A stretch of 64,000 bases of DNA from Vulcanimicrobiota bacterium (GCA_963714015.1 OY970223.1:1600001-1664000); one strand, 5' to 3'. Shown: positions 30,930-41,382, numbered from the stretch's first letter. Notes: generated from the letters alone by a model not told the origin. Made by a program: numbers and translations.

Positions 30930-32967
30930 ATGACGACCACCGATAAGCCGCTTAGTCAGATCCTCTCCCAAATTCCGGATGCGCCGGGCGTGTACATGAT
31001 GATCGCGCGCAACGGGGATGTGTTGTACATCGGGAAAGCGGTCTCGCTGCGCAATCGCGTGCGGTCCTATTTTCAGGATAGCGCCGCGCATCACGTGCGC
31101 ACGCAGGCAATGGTCGAACGCGTCGCCGACGTCCGAACGATCGTCGTGACGAACGAGGTCGAGGCGCTCATTCTGGAAGCCAACCTTATCAAGCGCTATC
31201 AGCCTCCGTACAACGTTCGGCTGCGCGACGATAAGCGCTATCCCTATCTGAAGGTGACGAACGAACCGTTTCCGCGCGTGGTCTTTACTCGCGTGGTCAA
31301 GGACGACGGTGCGCGCTATTTTGGGCCCTACACGAACGCGCACGGACTGCGCGAGCTTATCAATCTCGTCCGTCTGGTTTTTCCGCTGCGCACGTGCCTG
31401 GAGCCGATAGACGGCCGGCGGCGACGCCCGTGCCTGCAATATCACATCAAACGCTGTCTTGCGCCTTGCGTCGGTTATCAAAGCCGGGACGAGTACGATC
31501 GCATGATCGAAGAAGTCGTGCTCTTTCTGGAAGGCAAACAAGAGTCGCTGCTCGGGCGCCTGCAAGGCGAAATGGTGCATGCCGCCGAGGGCTACAATTT
31601 CGAGACGGCGGCGCGAATACGCGATCGCATCGTGGCCGTTCGGCGCGTTACCGAGGCGCAGAAGGTCGTCTGGCGATCGCGCTTGGACATGGATCTCATC
31701 GCCGTCAGCTCGCGCGCAAGGGCAAGCCTGTATGCAAGTGTTCATGGTTCGCGGCGGGAAGTTGATCGGGCAGGAACATTTCATTCTCGATGGTGTGTTC
31801 GAACAGACCGAAGCCGAGCTGTTCAGTGAATTCGTCAAGCAGTTCTACACCGCGCGCACTGCCGGAGCGCCCGATTCGGGGATTTCCCCGCTTGCGCAGC
31901 TGCGCGCAGCGCGTGACAATCAGGCGCCGGTGCCGATCAAGACGCGCCGCTCGCGGGGCAGCGCGAGCGCAATTCCCAAAGAAGTCCTGGTTCAAGGGTT
32001 GCCTGCGGATGCGAGCGTGATCGAAAGCTGGCTCACGGAGATCAAGGGCGTGCGCGTGCGCATGCTCGTGCCGCAGCGCGGCGATCGCGCCGAATATATG
32101 CGCCTGGTGCAGAAGAACGCCGAGCAGAATCTCAAGGCATTTTTGGCGCATCAAGAAGTGCAAGAGACGGCGCAGGCGCGCTCGCTTACCGAATTGGCCG
32201 ACGCCCTGGAGCTTCCCGAACCGCCGCACCGCGTCGAATGTTACGACATTTCGAATATTCAGGGCAGCAATCCGGTCAGCTCGATGGTCGTCTTCGTCGA
32301 AGGTCGTGCAAAGAAGAGCGATTACCGCAAATTCAAGATTCAGTACGACAAGGGCCCGAACGACTTTGCGATGATGCAGGAAACGCTGCGCCGGCGCCTT
32401 CGCTATTTGCGCGCGCGAACGGATGAAGACGTAGCGGCTTCTCATCCTGAACCTGCCCAAGGGCAGCCGGCGCTGCCGACGCCGGTTGAAGAAGACAAGC
32501 TGCAGCGCGAACTGGCAAAGAAAGAGAAGTTCAACAAGAAACCCGATTTGCTGCTCATCGACGGCGGCAAGGGCCAGCTCAACGCGGTCGTCGAGGTGCT
32601 CGAGGAACTCGATATGACCGGCATTCCGGTTGCGGGTCTGGCCAAGGAGCACGAGTGGCTCTATATGCCCGGACAGTCCGAGCCCATCGTGCTGCCGCCC
32701 AACTCGGCAGCCCTGCATCTGGTAATGCGCATTCGGGATGAAGCGCACCGCTTCGCCGTGACCTATCACCGCCAGCGCCGCGCGAAAGCGATGACGCACT
32801 CGGCCCTCGACGCATTGGCAGGCGTCGGGCCGGTCCGAAAGAAGCGCTTGCTTACCGCCTTCGGCTCACTCGCGGCGATTCGGCGTGCGACGCTGGACGA
32901 ACTGGCTGCGGTGAAGGGCATGACGCCTTCGCTTGCGGCTCAAATCAAGGCGGCATTGGAGGAATGA
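30930..32967 (+). CDS. uvrC: Excinuclease ABC subunit C, split by one extra base near 31707
   Basis: PGVY...YIGKAVSLRNRVRSY GIY-YIG, ECYDISN, DGGKGQL, RIRDEAHRFA, HhH; removing A31707 gives AVARAQGQACMQVF. Confidence 0.95.
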
Positions 32968-32968
32968 A

Positions 32969-33340
32969 CTGAACCTGCTTTTGCGGCTGCTGATCAATGC
33001 GCTGGCTTTCTATGCGATTGCGCGGTTCGTGCCGGGATTCCACGTCTCGAGTTTCACGTCGGCGATCGTCGCCGCCGTAATCTTCGGCATCGTCAACGCC
33101 ATTGTGCGGCCGCTCGTCCTGCTCGTTACGCTGCCCCTCACGATAGTGACTTTAGGTATTTTTGTGCTAATCGTTAACGCCTTGATGATTTGGCTTACCG
33201 CAATTCTGGCGCCCGGCGTGCATATCGACAGTTTCGAAGCCGCTTTTGCCGGCGGCCTTATCATGTTGATTGTTTCACTGCTTACATCGCATCTTTTCAA
33301 AAGCGAAACGCGCAGCCCGCAAACAACAACCTCGCTTTAG
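32969..33340 (+). CDS. 4-TM phage-holin-family (YvlD-like) membrane protein
   Basis: GIVNAIVRPLVLLVTLPLTIVTLGIFVLIVNALM; probable CTG start after the uvrC stop. Confidence 0.85.
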   Translation: MNLLLRLLINALAFYAIARFVPGFHVSSFTSAIVAAVIFGIVNAIVRPLVLLVTLPLTIVTLGIFVLIVNALMIWLTAILAPGVHIDSFEAAFAGGLIMLIVSLLTSHLFKSETRSPQTTTSL

Positions 33341-33625
33341 ACGCTTCACTTCCTTAACACACGCGCCGAAACATCGCGCAAGCTCGACCTTGCATCGGGC
33401 GATCTGAGCGTGCATATTGCGCCCTACTCCGAGCGCGTTGCCGTGCGTGCGCTCGCATGGCGCTCCATCGAAAACGATGAGCGCTCGCACGAAATAATTG
33501 ATCCGGATCAATTCGGTGTGCGGCAATTGCAAAAACATCCTTTAACGACGTCAACTTCTGGGCAAGTAATATAATGCGCGGGCAAACGGCCTGCGACTAC
33601 TTCTCCAGAAAGGTCATTCACTACA

Positions 33626-34318
33626 ATGAAAACCCCGTCAACCTGGACGCATCCTCCGCTGGAACAGTGGACTCAGGGCGGCCCGGTAGGTTCGGCCATC
33701 GAGAGCGCACGGGTCGAAGAGCTGGAAACAGCGAGCGAAGCGCGCATCGGCGACGCCGGCGCGATGGGACTCTTCGGTTTTTGTGTGGGCACGGTCGTCA
33801 TCGCCTGGGTTCTGTCCGGCTGGGCAGCGATGCCCGCGTCCCTAATTGCGGCAGTTCCATCGCTCCTCGTGTTTGCCGGCATCGGACAGTTCATCGCCGG
33901 CTTGTACGCATTTTCGCGGACCAACTCATGGGCCGGCACCGCGATGTGCTCGTACGGCGCCAACAACGTCATCATCGCAACTTACATCTGGATGCGGGCC
34001 GGCGGATTGATCCCGGCCACGCCCAGCAACAATCTGCTGCTGGCAGTCGATCTGTTCTGCATGGGCTACATTTCGTTGGCTTTAGCGATCGGCGCGATGC
34101 GCCTCAACGTGGCGTATCTGCTCACGACCCTGATGCTGGTTGCGGGTTACACGCTGCCGGGAATCCAATTCCTCGGCGCGCAGCGTGAGCTCGGGATTCT
34201 GGGCGGGTACTTTTTGCTCGCGGCATCGTTCTTCGCGTTTTACGCCGCGACGGCGCACGTCGTCAACAGTTCCTGGAAGCAGGAAGTGCTCCCGCTGTTC
34301 TCATTGCAGCGCGCATAA
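33626..34318 (+). CDS. GPR1/FUN34/YaaH (SatP-like) acetate transporter family protein
   Basis: DAGAMGLFGF, FAGIGQFIAG, YAATAHVVN; TATAAT at 33569-33574 upstream. Confidence 0.8.
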   Translation: MKTPSTWTHPPLEQWTQGGPVGSAIESARVEELETASEARIGDAGAMGLFGFCVGTVVIAWVLSGWAAMPASLIAAVPSLLVFAGIGQFIAGLYAFSRTNSWAGTAMCSYGANNVIIATYIWMRAGGLIPATPSNNLLLAVDLFCMGYISLALAIGAMRLNVAYLLTTLMLVAGYTLPGIQFLGAQRELGILGGYFLLAASFFAFYAATAHVVNSSWKQEVLPLFSLQRA

Positions 34319-34335
34319 ATCGGTCCGCATCGCCA

Positions 34336-34375
34336 AAGAAGAGCGCAGGCACGCACCTACGCTCTTCTTGTTTTT
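34336..34375 (+). terminator. Intrinsic terminator between convergent genes
   Basis: AAGAAGAGCG...CGCTCTTCTT stem followed by GTTTTT. Confidence 0.75.
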
Positions 34376-34382
34376 GGATCGG

Positions 34383-35399
34383 CTAACCGGCTGCGACGAC
34401 TTGCTGCACCACGGCATGAAAGGCATTCTGTAGTGACGTTCGGCCTTCCACGTACGGCACCAGGCTCTTCTGAAACGCTGCGAAGTAGCGCGGATATGCC
34501 TGCGTGAATACGCCGTTCGCTACGAACGCCGGAACATAACCGCCCGCCTGTGCCGGAGACAGCAGCCGCTGCAGAACCACCCCGGGCAAAAACATGATCG
34601 CCGCATGCCAAAGATCGGCAGGCTCGGGACGATCGAGCGATTTGCAGGCGTCCGCAATCGCAGTGCCGATAGGCCCCTCGTCCGGCGCGACGATTGAATG
34701 CGATGCTTCGTGCGACATGATTTCAAAACCATGCAGGCCCGCGTCGTCGCGATCGAAGCTCGACATGACGATGTGCCAATACAGATCGCCCTTTCCCGCA
34801 ATGCTGTAGGCGCCGTCGCGGTCGGTATTCGAAACCACGTCCACTCGGTACGGGACGTCCAGCCAAGATCGCTGATAGAGTCGCGAAAGGGTCCCAAAAA
34901 GCGCGGGACCGTAGGCCGAAAGCGCAGTTTTCCATTGACCGATACACTGCCCGTTGAGCGCGTCGTGAATCGGCCACAGCGCTTTTCGATAGATCGGAGA
35001 TACGTCGTCCAGCACAAGCTTCAGCCTCACGGGCGGTACGCCGGCGGCCAGCGCATTTTCCACGGTATTGAGCGCATCGTCAAAGACCAAACTGCGTCCG
35101 CCATACTCGTCTTGGTAAAAGCGCAGAGCGCGATACCACTGGGCTTGGTCCTCCGTCGGAATGTAGTGAGTCATTTGCTGGTACACGCGCTTTGGAAGAC
35201 CGGGAAGCGAGTCCGGACCCGCGCTGTACAGCAACTGCAGCACTCCGGCTTGATAGTAGAGGGTGTGGTGGAGATTCACCAAAAAGTCGCTGCGAAATTC
35301 AAAGGTCGGCATCGCGGCTGAAGCGCGTCCGGTGGACGGACCGATCGCGGCCAGTCCCGATGTTGCGGCAGCGGCTGCAATAAAACGACGGCGGTTCAT
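34383..35399 (-). CDS. Tat-signal hypothetical protein with an HExxH motif (possible zincin)
   Basis: MNRRRFI Tat motif; SHEASH. Confidence 0.7.
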   Translation of the reverse strand: MNRRRFIAAAAATSGLAAIGPSTGRASAAMPTFEFRSDFLVNLHHTLYYQAGVLQLLYSAGPDSLPGLPKRVYQQMTHYIPTEDQAQWYRALRFYQDEYGGRSLVFDDALNTVENALAAGVPPVRLKLVLDDVSPIYRKALWPIHDALNGQCIGQWKTALSAYGPALFGTLSRLYQRSWLDVPYRVDVVSNTDRDGAYSIAGKGDLYWHIVMSSFDRDDAGLHGFEIMSHEASHSIVAPDEGPIGTAIADACKSLDRPEPADLWHAAIMFLPGVVLQRLLSPAQAGGYVPAFVANGVFTQAYPRYFAAFQKSLVPYVEGRTSLQNAFHAVVQQVVAAG

Positions 35400-35539
35400 A
35401 GTGGCTCTTTATTACGGCGGCGAGTCCGGCGGCTACTTGGCCCGTCCCTGCCCCCCAGAAAAGGGAGGGCGGTTTTCCGACATACCAGGCGCGAGGGCAG
35501 CCTGGTACGCTCGTGCCGTCGCCTTTTTGGGAGAATGCT

Positions 35540-36877
35540 ATGGCACTTCATATTCGGTTAAGAGCATCGCATATTGCAGCGTTGGCTTTTTCACTTTTGG
35601 CGGGCTGCGCCGGCTCAGGCTCCGTTTCGCCGCCGGTTCCCGCTTCAGTCCGGTTCACCGCTCAGGCCGCTCGAACGCAGAACGTTGCGACGGCTCGTAC
35701 CGTTGAAAGCATTGACGCGAGCAGTACGCCGGCGTGGCTGCAGCCGTATTACAACGGCGCGCACAGCGGATTTAATCCGCTTGAAAAAACGCTGAAGCGC
35801 AGCAACGTAGCGACCTTGACTCAGCTCTGGTCGTTCGGGACCGGCGGGCAGCTGACCAACCCCATCCTGATTCGCGACAACGTTGCCTACGTCAATTCCG
35901 GCATGGGATACCTGTATGCCCTTAACGTAAGCAGCGGTACGCAAATCTGGCAATACGAAACGTACGAAGGGTCGAGCCCGCAAAACGCTCCCGTTATTGC
36001 GAACGGCCGCATCATCTTGCCGTGCCTGCCCGGCGGGAACACGCAAAAGAATGCGATGTGCGGGATCGATCTTTCAACCGGCAAACGCGTTTGGAGCTTC
36101 TACGTCGACTGCAATTGCCTGCCTTCCGCCGGAGTGAGTAACGGCGCAGTCGCTTCAGGCAACACCGTAGTGTTCGATTACGCGAACGGAAGCACGAGCA
36201 GCTCGTACGTGATTGCCCTCGATGCTCAAAACGGTAAAGTGTTGTGGACCGGCGTTACGCTTCCTCATGGACCGAATTTCTGGAGTTCTGCAATCGCCGG
36301 CGGCCAAGTATTCTATAGTACAGGCAGCGGAATATGTGCGGCCGGCGTTTCCACCGGGGTGCAGACGTGGTGCGCCAACACGGGCAGCGAGCCGTCGATC
36401 GCCGCGGCGGGCGGTGTGGTCTACGTTAATACGACCGGCAACGGTGTGTACGCGTTCAGCGCGAGTAACGGTTCGCAAATCTGGCAAATGACGCCGAACG
36501 CCGGAAACTATAGCGGGCAGTACGATCCGCCCGCAATCGCAGACGGTGTCGTGTATGTGGCAGGCGCGGGCTGCTGCTCATCCGAGCTCTACGGAATAAA
36601 CGCTTCAACCGGCGCCCAAATCTTCGACACGGCCGCCTACGGCAGCAACTTCAACACCGACTCGTCACCGTCGGTCGCCAACGGCATCGTGTACGCGTCG
36701 TGTCAGGCGGGGCTGTGCGCGTTCAACGCGACCAACGGCAAGCTGTTGTACAATGCCGGTGGTTCGAGCGGATCGGACTGGGTCTCGCCCTCCATTATTA
36801 ACGGAGCCGTCTACACCAATTGCGGGCCCAATACCGCGTGCGCCTATGGCCTTCCCAGTTCTTTGAAGACTCGCTAG
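35540..36877 (+). CDS. PQQ-like beta-propeller repeat lipoprotein
   Basis: LLAGC lipobox; repeated YALNxxxGxxxW units. Confidence 0.85.
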   Translation: MALHIRLRASHIAALAFSLLAGCAGSGSVSPPVPASVRFTAQAARTQNVATARTVESIDASSTPAWLQPYYNGAHSGFNPLEKTLKRSNVATLTQLWSFGTGGQLTNPILIRDNVAYVNSGMGYLYALNVSSGTQIWQYETYEGSSPQNAPVIANGRIILPCLPGGNTQKNAMCGIDLSTGKRVWSFYVDCNCLPSAGVSNGAVASGNTVVFDYANGSTSSSYVIALDAQNGKVLWTGVTLPHGPNFWSSAIAGGQVFYSTGSGICAAGVSTGVQTWCANTGSEPSIAAAGGVVYVNTTGNGVYAFSASNGSQIWQMTPNAGNYSGQYDPPAIADGVVYVAGAGCCSSELYGINASTGAQIFDTAAYGSNFNTDSSPSVANGIVYASCQAGLCAFNATNGKLLYNAGGSSGSDWVSPSIINGAVYTNCGPNTACAYGLPSSLKTR

Positions 36878-36936
36878 TTGGAATTCCGGACGAGCGATCT
36901 TTTTGGTGCAATTACCTCGCCGTTACATTCCCGGCG

Positions 36937-36963
36937 AAAAAGGGTGCGGCGATCCCGCACCCT
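36937..36963 (-). terminator. Intrinsic terminator of the 36990..37484 gene
   Basis: Perfect 9-bp stem AGGGTGCGG/CCGCACCCT followed by a T-run on the minus strand. Confidence 0.75.
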
Positions 36964-36989
36964 GATTGCCCCATCATGAAGCTTTTGGT

Positions 36990-37484
36990 CTAGTGCGTTG
37001 CCACCATCGGCGTGGCGTTGTAGTTTCCGAACTCGACGGCGATGTTGTGGCCTTGCGTCTGAACGTTCGCCGTAATCGGAAGATTGCGCGACGGATCGAT
37101 CCAGATCGTTTCATTATAGGTGGCGTCGGGCGAGGCGATTTTGTAGCCGATTACGCGGATTCCGTCTATCGTCTTTTTGCCCGCGGGCGTTACTTCATAC
37201 GTTCCCGTCGAAGCTACACCGTCTGCCGGCTGCGTTGCGATGTGAACGATCAGCCCCGGATCTTGTCCGCCGGTCTCTGCGACGCGGTACTGACCGCTCG
37301 GCATGACGTCGACCGTCGCGATCGCGCCGTTTTCAAAATGTTCTACGACTTCGACACTCTGCAGGCCGTTATACGTCGCGACCATGTTCTGGACGGCACT
37401 CAAGTCGGCCGGATTGGTGGCTGCGTTGGCAGCAAGGGGAGCGGCGAGGCCCAGGGCTAGGCTGGCTGCTAATACTCCGCGCAT
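36990..37484 (-). CDS. Secreted hypothetical protein
   Basis: GGAGG SD before MRGVLAASL..., AxA signal peptide; possibly LolA-like (TIWIDP). Confidence 0.7.
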   Translation of the reverse strand: MRGVLAASLALGLAAPLAANAATNPADLSAVQNMVATYNGLQSVEVVEHFENGAIATVDVMPSGQYRVAETGGQDPGLIVHIATQPADGVASTGTYEVTPAGKKTIDGIRVIGYKIASPDATYNETIWIDPSRNLPITANVQTQGHNIAVEFGNYNATPMVATH

Positions 37485-37609
37485 GGGGACCTCCAAATGA
37501 GTGGGACCTGAGTATACCCACCCGCTCTTAAACGCATCTGGGACCTTTGAGCCCGTGTTATACTCAATGCGCCCAGCGGCGGGAGTCGTATCCGCCAGGG
37601 CAGGGTCGC

Positions 37610-37964
37610 GGGGCTGAAATAGGTTCGACGGGAAGGTCCGCGGTCAACATAAGCAGGCGGAGTTGCGAGCACTCCTAAAACGATCGCAAGCGTTATACAC
37701 GCGAACACTGAATACGCACTGGCTGCTTAATCTAAGTTAGCCACCGGACGCGAGGGGTCGGCCCGAACCGCCTTGCTTTCCGGTCAATAACTCGGGCTGG
37801 CGCGCGCGACGACTCTAAGCGCGCGCAAGACAAAGAGTCTGCTGCGATCGGTAAGCCCGGCTTCGGGGCGTCCGATCGAGTAAGCTGAAATTCGAAGCTG
37901 AGCCTGGAGAAAGTGTTGGTCCGCCTTTTCGGACTCGGGGGGCAGTACCCCGACAGCTCCACCA
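37610..37964 (+). ncRNA. ssrA: tmRNA, one-piece, tag ANTEYALAA
   Basis: 5' GGGGCTGAAATAGGTTCGAC, 3' CAGCTCCACCA with G3-U pair; tag frame 37701-37730 (GCG AAC ACT GAA TAC GCA CTG GCT GCT TAA); TGnTATACT extended -10 upstream. Confidence 0.96.
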
Positions 37965-37972
37965 ATTCCATG

Positions 37973-38033
37973 CTCTATTCCAATGAATCCGTTCTGCGCA
38001 CAATGAACGTCGAATCATTGGGATAGAGTTTTT
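37973..38033 (+). terminator. Long hairpin plus T-run after ssrA
   Basis: CTCTATTCCAATGA...TCATTGGGATAGAG (14 bp with one G-U) then TTTTT. Confidence 0.65.
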
Positions 38034-38146
38034 CATTGTGCGTCGTTTTTACGAGATTGCCATCGTCAACGCGAGCAAGACGGCTTTCATGTATTTTCGA
38101 AGAGCCATCAGAGATCGCGAATAAATTCTGCAATACGGGGGGCCTG

Positions 38147-38518
38147 ATGCTGGACCATATCTCGATCGGGGTCTCTGGCCTTGAACGCTCAACTCACTTC
38201 TACGATGCCGTGCTGGCACCGCTCGGCTATGTTCGAGTCTTTGAAAGCAGTCACGCGTCGGGATACGCGCCACCAGAAGCGCGGGACGAGCCGTTTGCCA
38301 TAAGGCGCGACACCGGCTTTGAGCCGCCGAAGGGAACGCATATCGCGTTCGCTGCCACCAGCCGTGATGCTGTTGCCCATTTCCACGAGGCCGCCATCCG
38401 TCTCGGCGCGACCTCGGACGGCGAGCCCGGTCTGCACCCGGAGTACGGCAATGGGTACTTCGCAGCGTTCGTGCTCGACCCAGATGGGTATCGGCTAGAG
38501 GCCGTGCTCCATGAATAA
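38147..38518 (+). CDS. VOC/glyoxalase family protein
   Basis: MLDHISIGV...FYDAVL...HIAF...DPDGYRLEAV. Confidence 0.9.
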   Translation: MLDHISIGVSGLERSTHFYDAVLAPLGYVRVFESSHASGYAPPEARDEPFAIRRDTGFEPPKGTHIAFAATSRDAVAHFHEAAIRLGATSDGEPGLHPEYGNGYFAAFVLDPDGYRLEAVLHE

Positions 38519-38557
38519 CCGTCGACGGATCTCTTCAAGTGGGAGCACCCGCTTCAG

Positions 38558-38887
38558 ATGAGCAGATTGATTCGATGCAAAATCGCAGGCGTGCTAGGCG
38601 CGCTCCTCATGTGTATCGGCTGCCAGAATTCGGCGCACCGCGCCCCTTATCCGAAGTGGTATCTGGCGGAGATTCGCGAGCACGGAGGTTGCGGGCTTTG
38701 GCTGCACCTGCGGACGCCCGACGGCGTGATCATGAAGGTGCCCCCGCCGACGACGCTGCTGGAAATGGCTTTGGGAGCATCACAGGGACGGGCACACCGG
38801 TCCGTATCCGTCGGAAGCGCAGCCGTGAGCGCAACGCAACGCCGACATCATAGAGAATTTAGACATGTGTTAAGATCGATGGCATGA
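38558..38887 (+). CDS. Hypothetical lipoprotein; 3' end uncertain
   Basis: Signal peptide ending LLMCIGC; possible frameshift at the C-run near 38741. Confidence 0.4.
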   Translation: MSRLIRCKIAGVLGALLMCIGCQNSAHRAPYPKWYLAEIREHGGCGLWLHLRTPDGVIMKVPPPTTLLEMALGASQGRAHRSVSVGSAAVSATQRRHHREFRHVLRSMA

Positions 38888-39444
38888 GAGAAAACGAGTC
38901 GAGCGCCCGGCCAATTGCGCAGAGGTATGTCTACGTCCCGCTCAGCCTCGCGACTTCGACCAACTGCTGTCGCTCTTTGAAGTTGTCGCGGCGGAACGCC
39001 AATGGATTGGAACCGAACCTGGCTTCGATAAAACAAAGCATCGATCCACATGGCAAGATGTCGTGGAAGGAAAGGGCGGAGCACTTCGTTGCCTGCGCCG
39101 GGAGCGAAGTTTGCGGATCGCTGAGCCTATATCCTGATCCCGACGGTAATTACGACCTCGGAATGCTCGTCAGCCCAGACCGGCGCGGCGAAGGCATCGG
39201 CACCGCATTGCTCCGTGAGGCGTTCGCGTGGGCACAAAGCCATGGCGTTCCGAAAATCGTCCTCGGAGTGTTCCCCCACAACACGGCTGCAATGAGTCTA
39301 TACAAGAAGACCGGGTTTATCACGGTCCGCCATTTGACGCTGCCGAAAGCTCGACAGAACGGAGAGATCTGGGATGTGATTGTTATGGAGAAATACATCA
39401 GGCAGTTGGAAGCCGCCGCCGTTCGGCAATCGGGATCTCGCTAA
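38884..39444 (+). CDS. GNAT family N-acetyltransferase, probably with two compensating frameshifts
   Basis: C-terminal RGEGIGTALL, HNTAAMSLYKKTGF; a GNAT-like N-terminus lies in another frame. Confidence 0.75.
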   Translation: MRENESSARPIAQRYVYVPLSLATSTNCCRSLKLSRRNANGLEPNLASIKQSIDPHGKMSWKERAEHFVACAGSEVCGSLSLYPDPDGNYDLGMLVSPDRRGEGIGTALLREAFAWAQSHGVPKIVLGVFPHNTAAMSLYKKTGFITVRHLTLPKARQNGEIWDVIVMEKYIRQLEAAAVRQSGSR

Positions 39445-40292
39445 ATGATGGGACGGGGTAATTCGCGCAATGGTACCCGCTCACTTCGCTCTCCACGCGA
39501 TATTTGGCTCAAGTATGATCCCATGGAGCGGAGGCTGACGCGGCCATTGACCGATCGCATTCTGGATCTCGCAGCGCTTACTCCGGGCATGCAGGTACTC
39601 GATATCGGAACCGGCCGTGGCGAACCAGCAATACCAGCCGCGCGGCGTGTCGCCCCAACGGGGAGCGTTTTTGGCGTGGACGTGTCGCGAGACATGTTGG
39701 AGATGGCTCGCGAACGCGCACATGACGAGGGCATTACAAATCTTATACTAGAGGCCCAATCCGCAGAATTGCTAGACGGCATGCCTGTCGCCATTTCGAC
39801 GTTGTACTTGCGCGATGGAGCCTCATGTATTTCGACTCTCCATGCGCCGCGCTAACGGCGGCCGCAAGGGTGCTGAAACCCGGTGACGCAATGGTCGCGG
39901 CGCTGTGGGCGGAGCCGGAGCGTGTCGAATACTTTACCTTGCCGAGACGGCTGCTCTCCAAGTACACTTCATTGCCACGTGTCGACCTTGGGATGCCTGG
40001 CCCTTTCAAATATGCACATCTAGAGCGAATCCAGCGAGATTTCGCCTATGCCGGCCTGAACGTGGATCACGTTGAGGAACAGAACGCGACCGTGGTGGAA
40101 GCGCAAGACGCCCAGGAATTGGCTGAGTGGGTGAGAGATTTTGGTTTAGAGCGCATTCTATGTAGATTACCAATAGAAGTTCAGGCAGCGTGGGAAGACG
40201 ATCTCGCACAAGAAGTGACAGCGTTGATTGGAAATGGAACACTTCGGCTCGGTGGCACAACGAGGATCGTTGTTGCGAGAAAGGCCTCTTAA
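39445..40292 (+). CDS. Class I SAM-dependent methyltransferase, split by a missing base near 39788
   Basis: VLDIGTGRG motif I, then HFDVVLARWSLMYF...RVLKPG in the next frame. Confidence 0.8.
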
Positions 40293-40297
40293 GATAG

Positions 40298-40735
40298 ATG
40301 CAACACCTGGCGCGAGCGGTTCTGTTTCTCCTGTGCGGGATGTCGTTAACCTCATGCGAGGGAACATGGGGCGCACCAAACGACATTACTATGTCGCCTG
40401 TTGGCCGCCACGGAATGTCCGGCCTCGGTAGCGCGACCTTGGCGGTCGAGAGGCTGCATTCGCATAGCGACGTCGGAAGTGACCTTACGATCCAGTTTCC
40501 TACAATGCACGACCCGAAACAATACGTCGTCACTCTTGCACGCGGTTCGTGCGAAAAGGGAGCACGAAGCGGTCTAAGAGATCGTTTCGTTTTGGTGAAA
40601 CTCGATAACCCCACCGAGGGCAGCGAGGGAGGCGATCACGTCGATATTCCGATTCACCATCTGATGAAGGACGGTTATTACATATTTCTCGTGGACGCGC
40701 ATTCTAAGGAAGTCGTGTCGTGTGGGGATCCGTAA
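40298..40735 (+). CDS. Hypothetical lipoprotein, possibly Cu/Zn-SOD-like fold without His ligands
   Basis: LTSC lipobox; GSATL...RGSC...VVSCGD pattern. Confidence 0.55.
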   Translation: MQHLARAVLFLLCGMSLTSCEGTWGAPNDITMSPVGRHGMSGLGSATLAVERLHSHSDVGSDLTIQFPTMHDPKQYVVTLARGSCEKGARSGLRDRFVLVKLDNPTEGSEGGDHVDIPIHHLMKDGYYIFLVDAHSKEVVSCGDP

Positions 40736-41364
40736 AGGGCTACGCGGATCGTTGCCGGCGAAGGAACGGCGTGGCCTGATGCACGATCGATTCATCCTGC
40801 TAAAGCGTGAACACGAGTTGACGGCGCAGGAACGGTTCCTGCTGGAGAATTGGACCTCGCTACACCCAAAACTCGGCGAAGCGTACCGTCTCAAGGAAAA
40901 CTTCTTCGCGATCTACGACGCCGCCAACAAGGCCGAGGCACTACGGCGCTATACGGCCTGGGAGTGCGGCATTCCGACTCGGCGAAGGCAGCCTTTCAGC
41001 CGATTACGACCGCGTGGCGAAACTGGCACCGGCAAATTCTGGGGTACTTCGATCATCCGATCACGAATGCGTACACCGAGTCTTTGAACAATCTAATCCG
41101 CGTGATGAATCGGCTCGGGCGGGGGTATTCCTTCGAGGCACTACGGGCGAAGTTCTCTTCACAGAGGGACTGCACAAACACAGCAATAAGCGGCCGAAAT
41201 GGGCTCGGCGGTCGGCGCGCGGCGAAGGTGGAAACGTTCACATGTCCGCCGTTCTGTTATATGACGCTCCGCCCTTTAGCCAAGGCTTTGACGAGGATGA
41301 GCCGCTGAACCTGGGCGTTGATGTTGCAGAGTTGGCGCGGCGGATTGAGGCCGGACGGTTTTGA
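40725..41364 (+). mobile_element. ISL3-family transposase remnant (C-terminal part, two frameshifts)
   Basis: MHDRFILLKR...AYRLKENF / WHRQILGYFDHPITNAYTESLNNLIRVMNRLGRGYSFEALRAK across three frames; 5' part absent. Confidence 0.88.
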
Positions 41365-41382
41365 TCCGACTATCGAATAGGG

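Noticed and set aside
33341..33573. Small gene between the holin-like and SatP-like genes
   Set aside because: Several short frames are open on both strands, but none has both a credible start and a recognisable motif.
33575..33625. c-di-GMP-I riboswitch suggested by GGGCAAAC
   Set aside because: Lacks the GNRA hairpin and the GCAAA second stem; the leader is too short.
37610..37964. Permuted two-piece tmRNA
   Set aside because: The 5' acceptor strand, tag frame and 3' CCA are in standard order.
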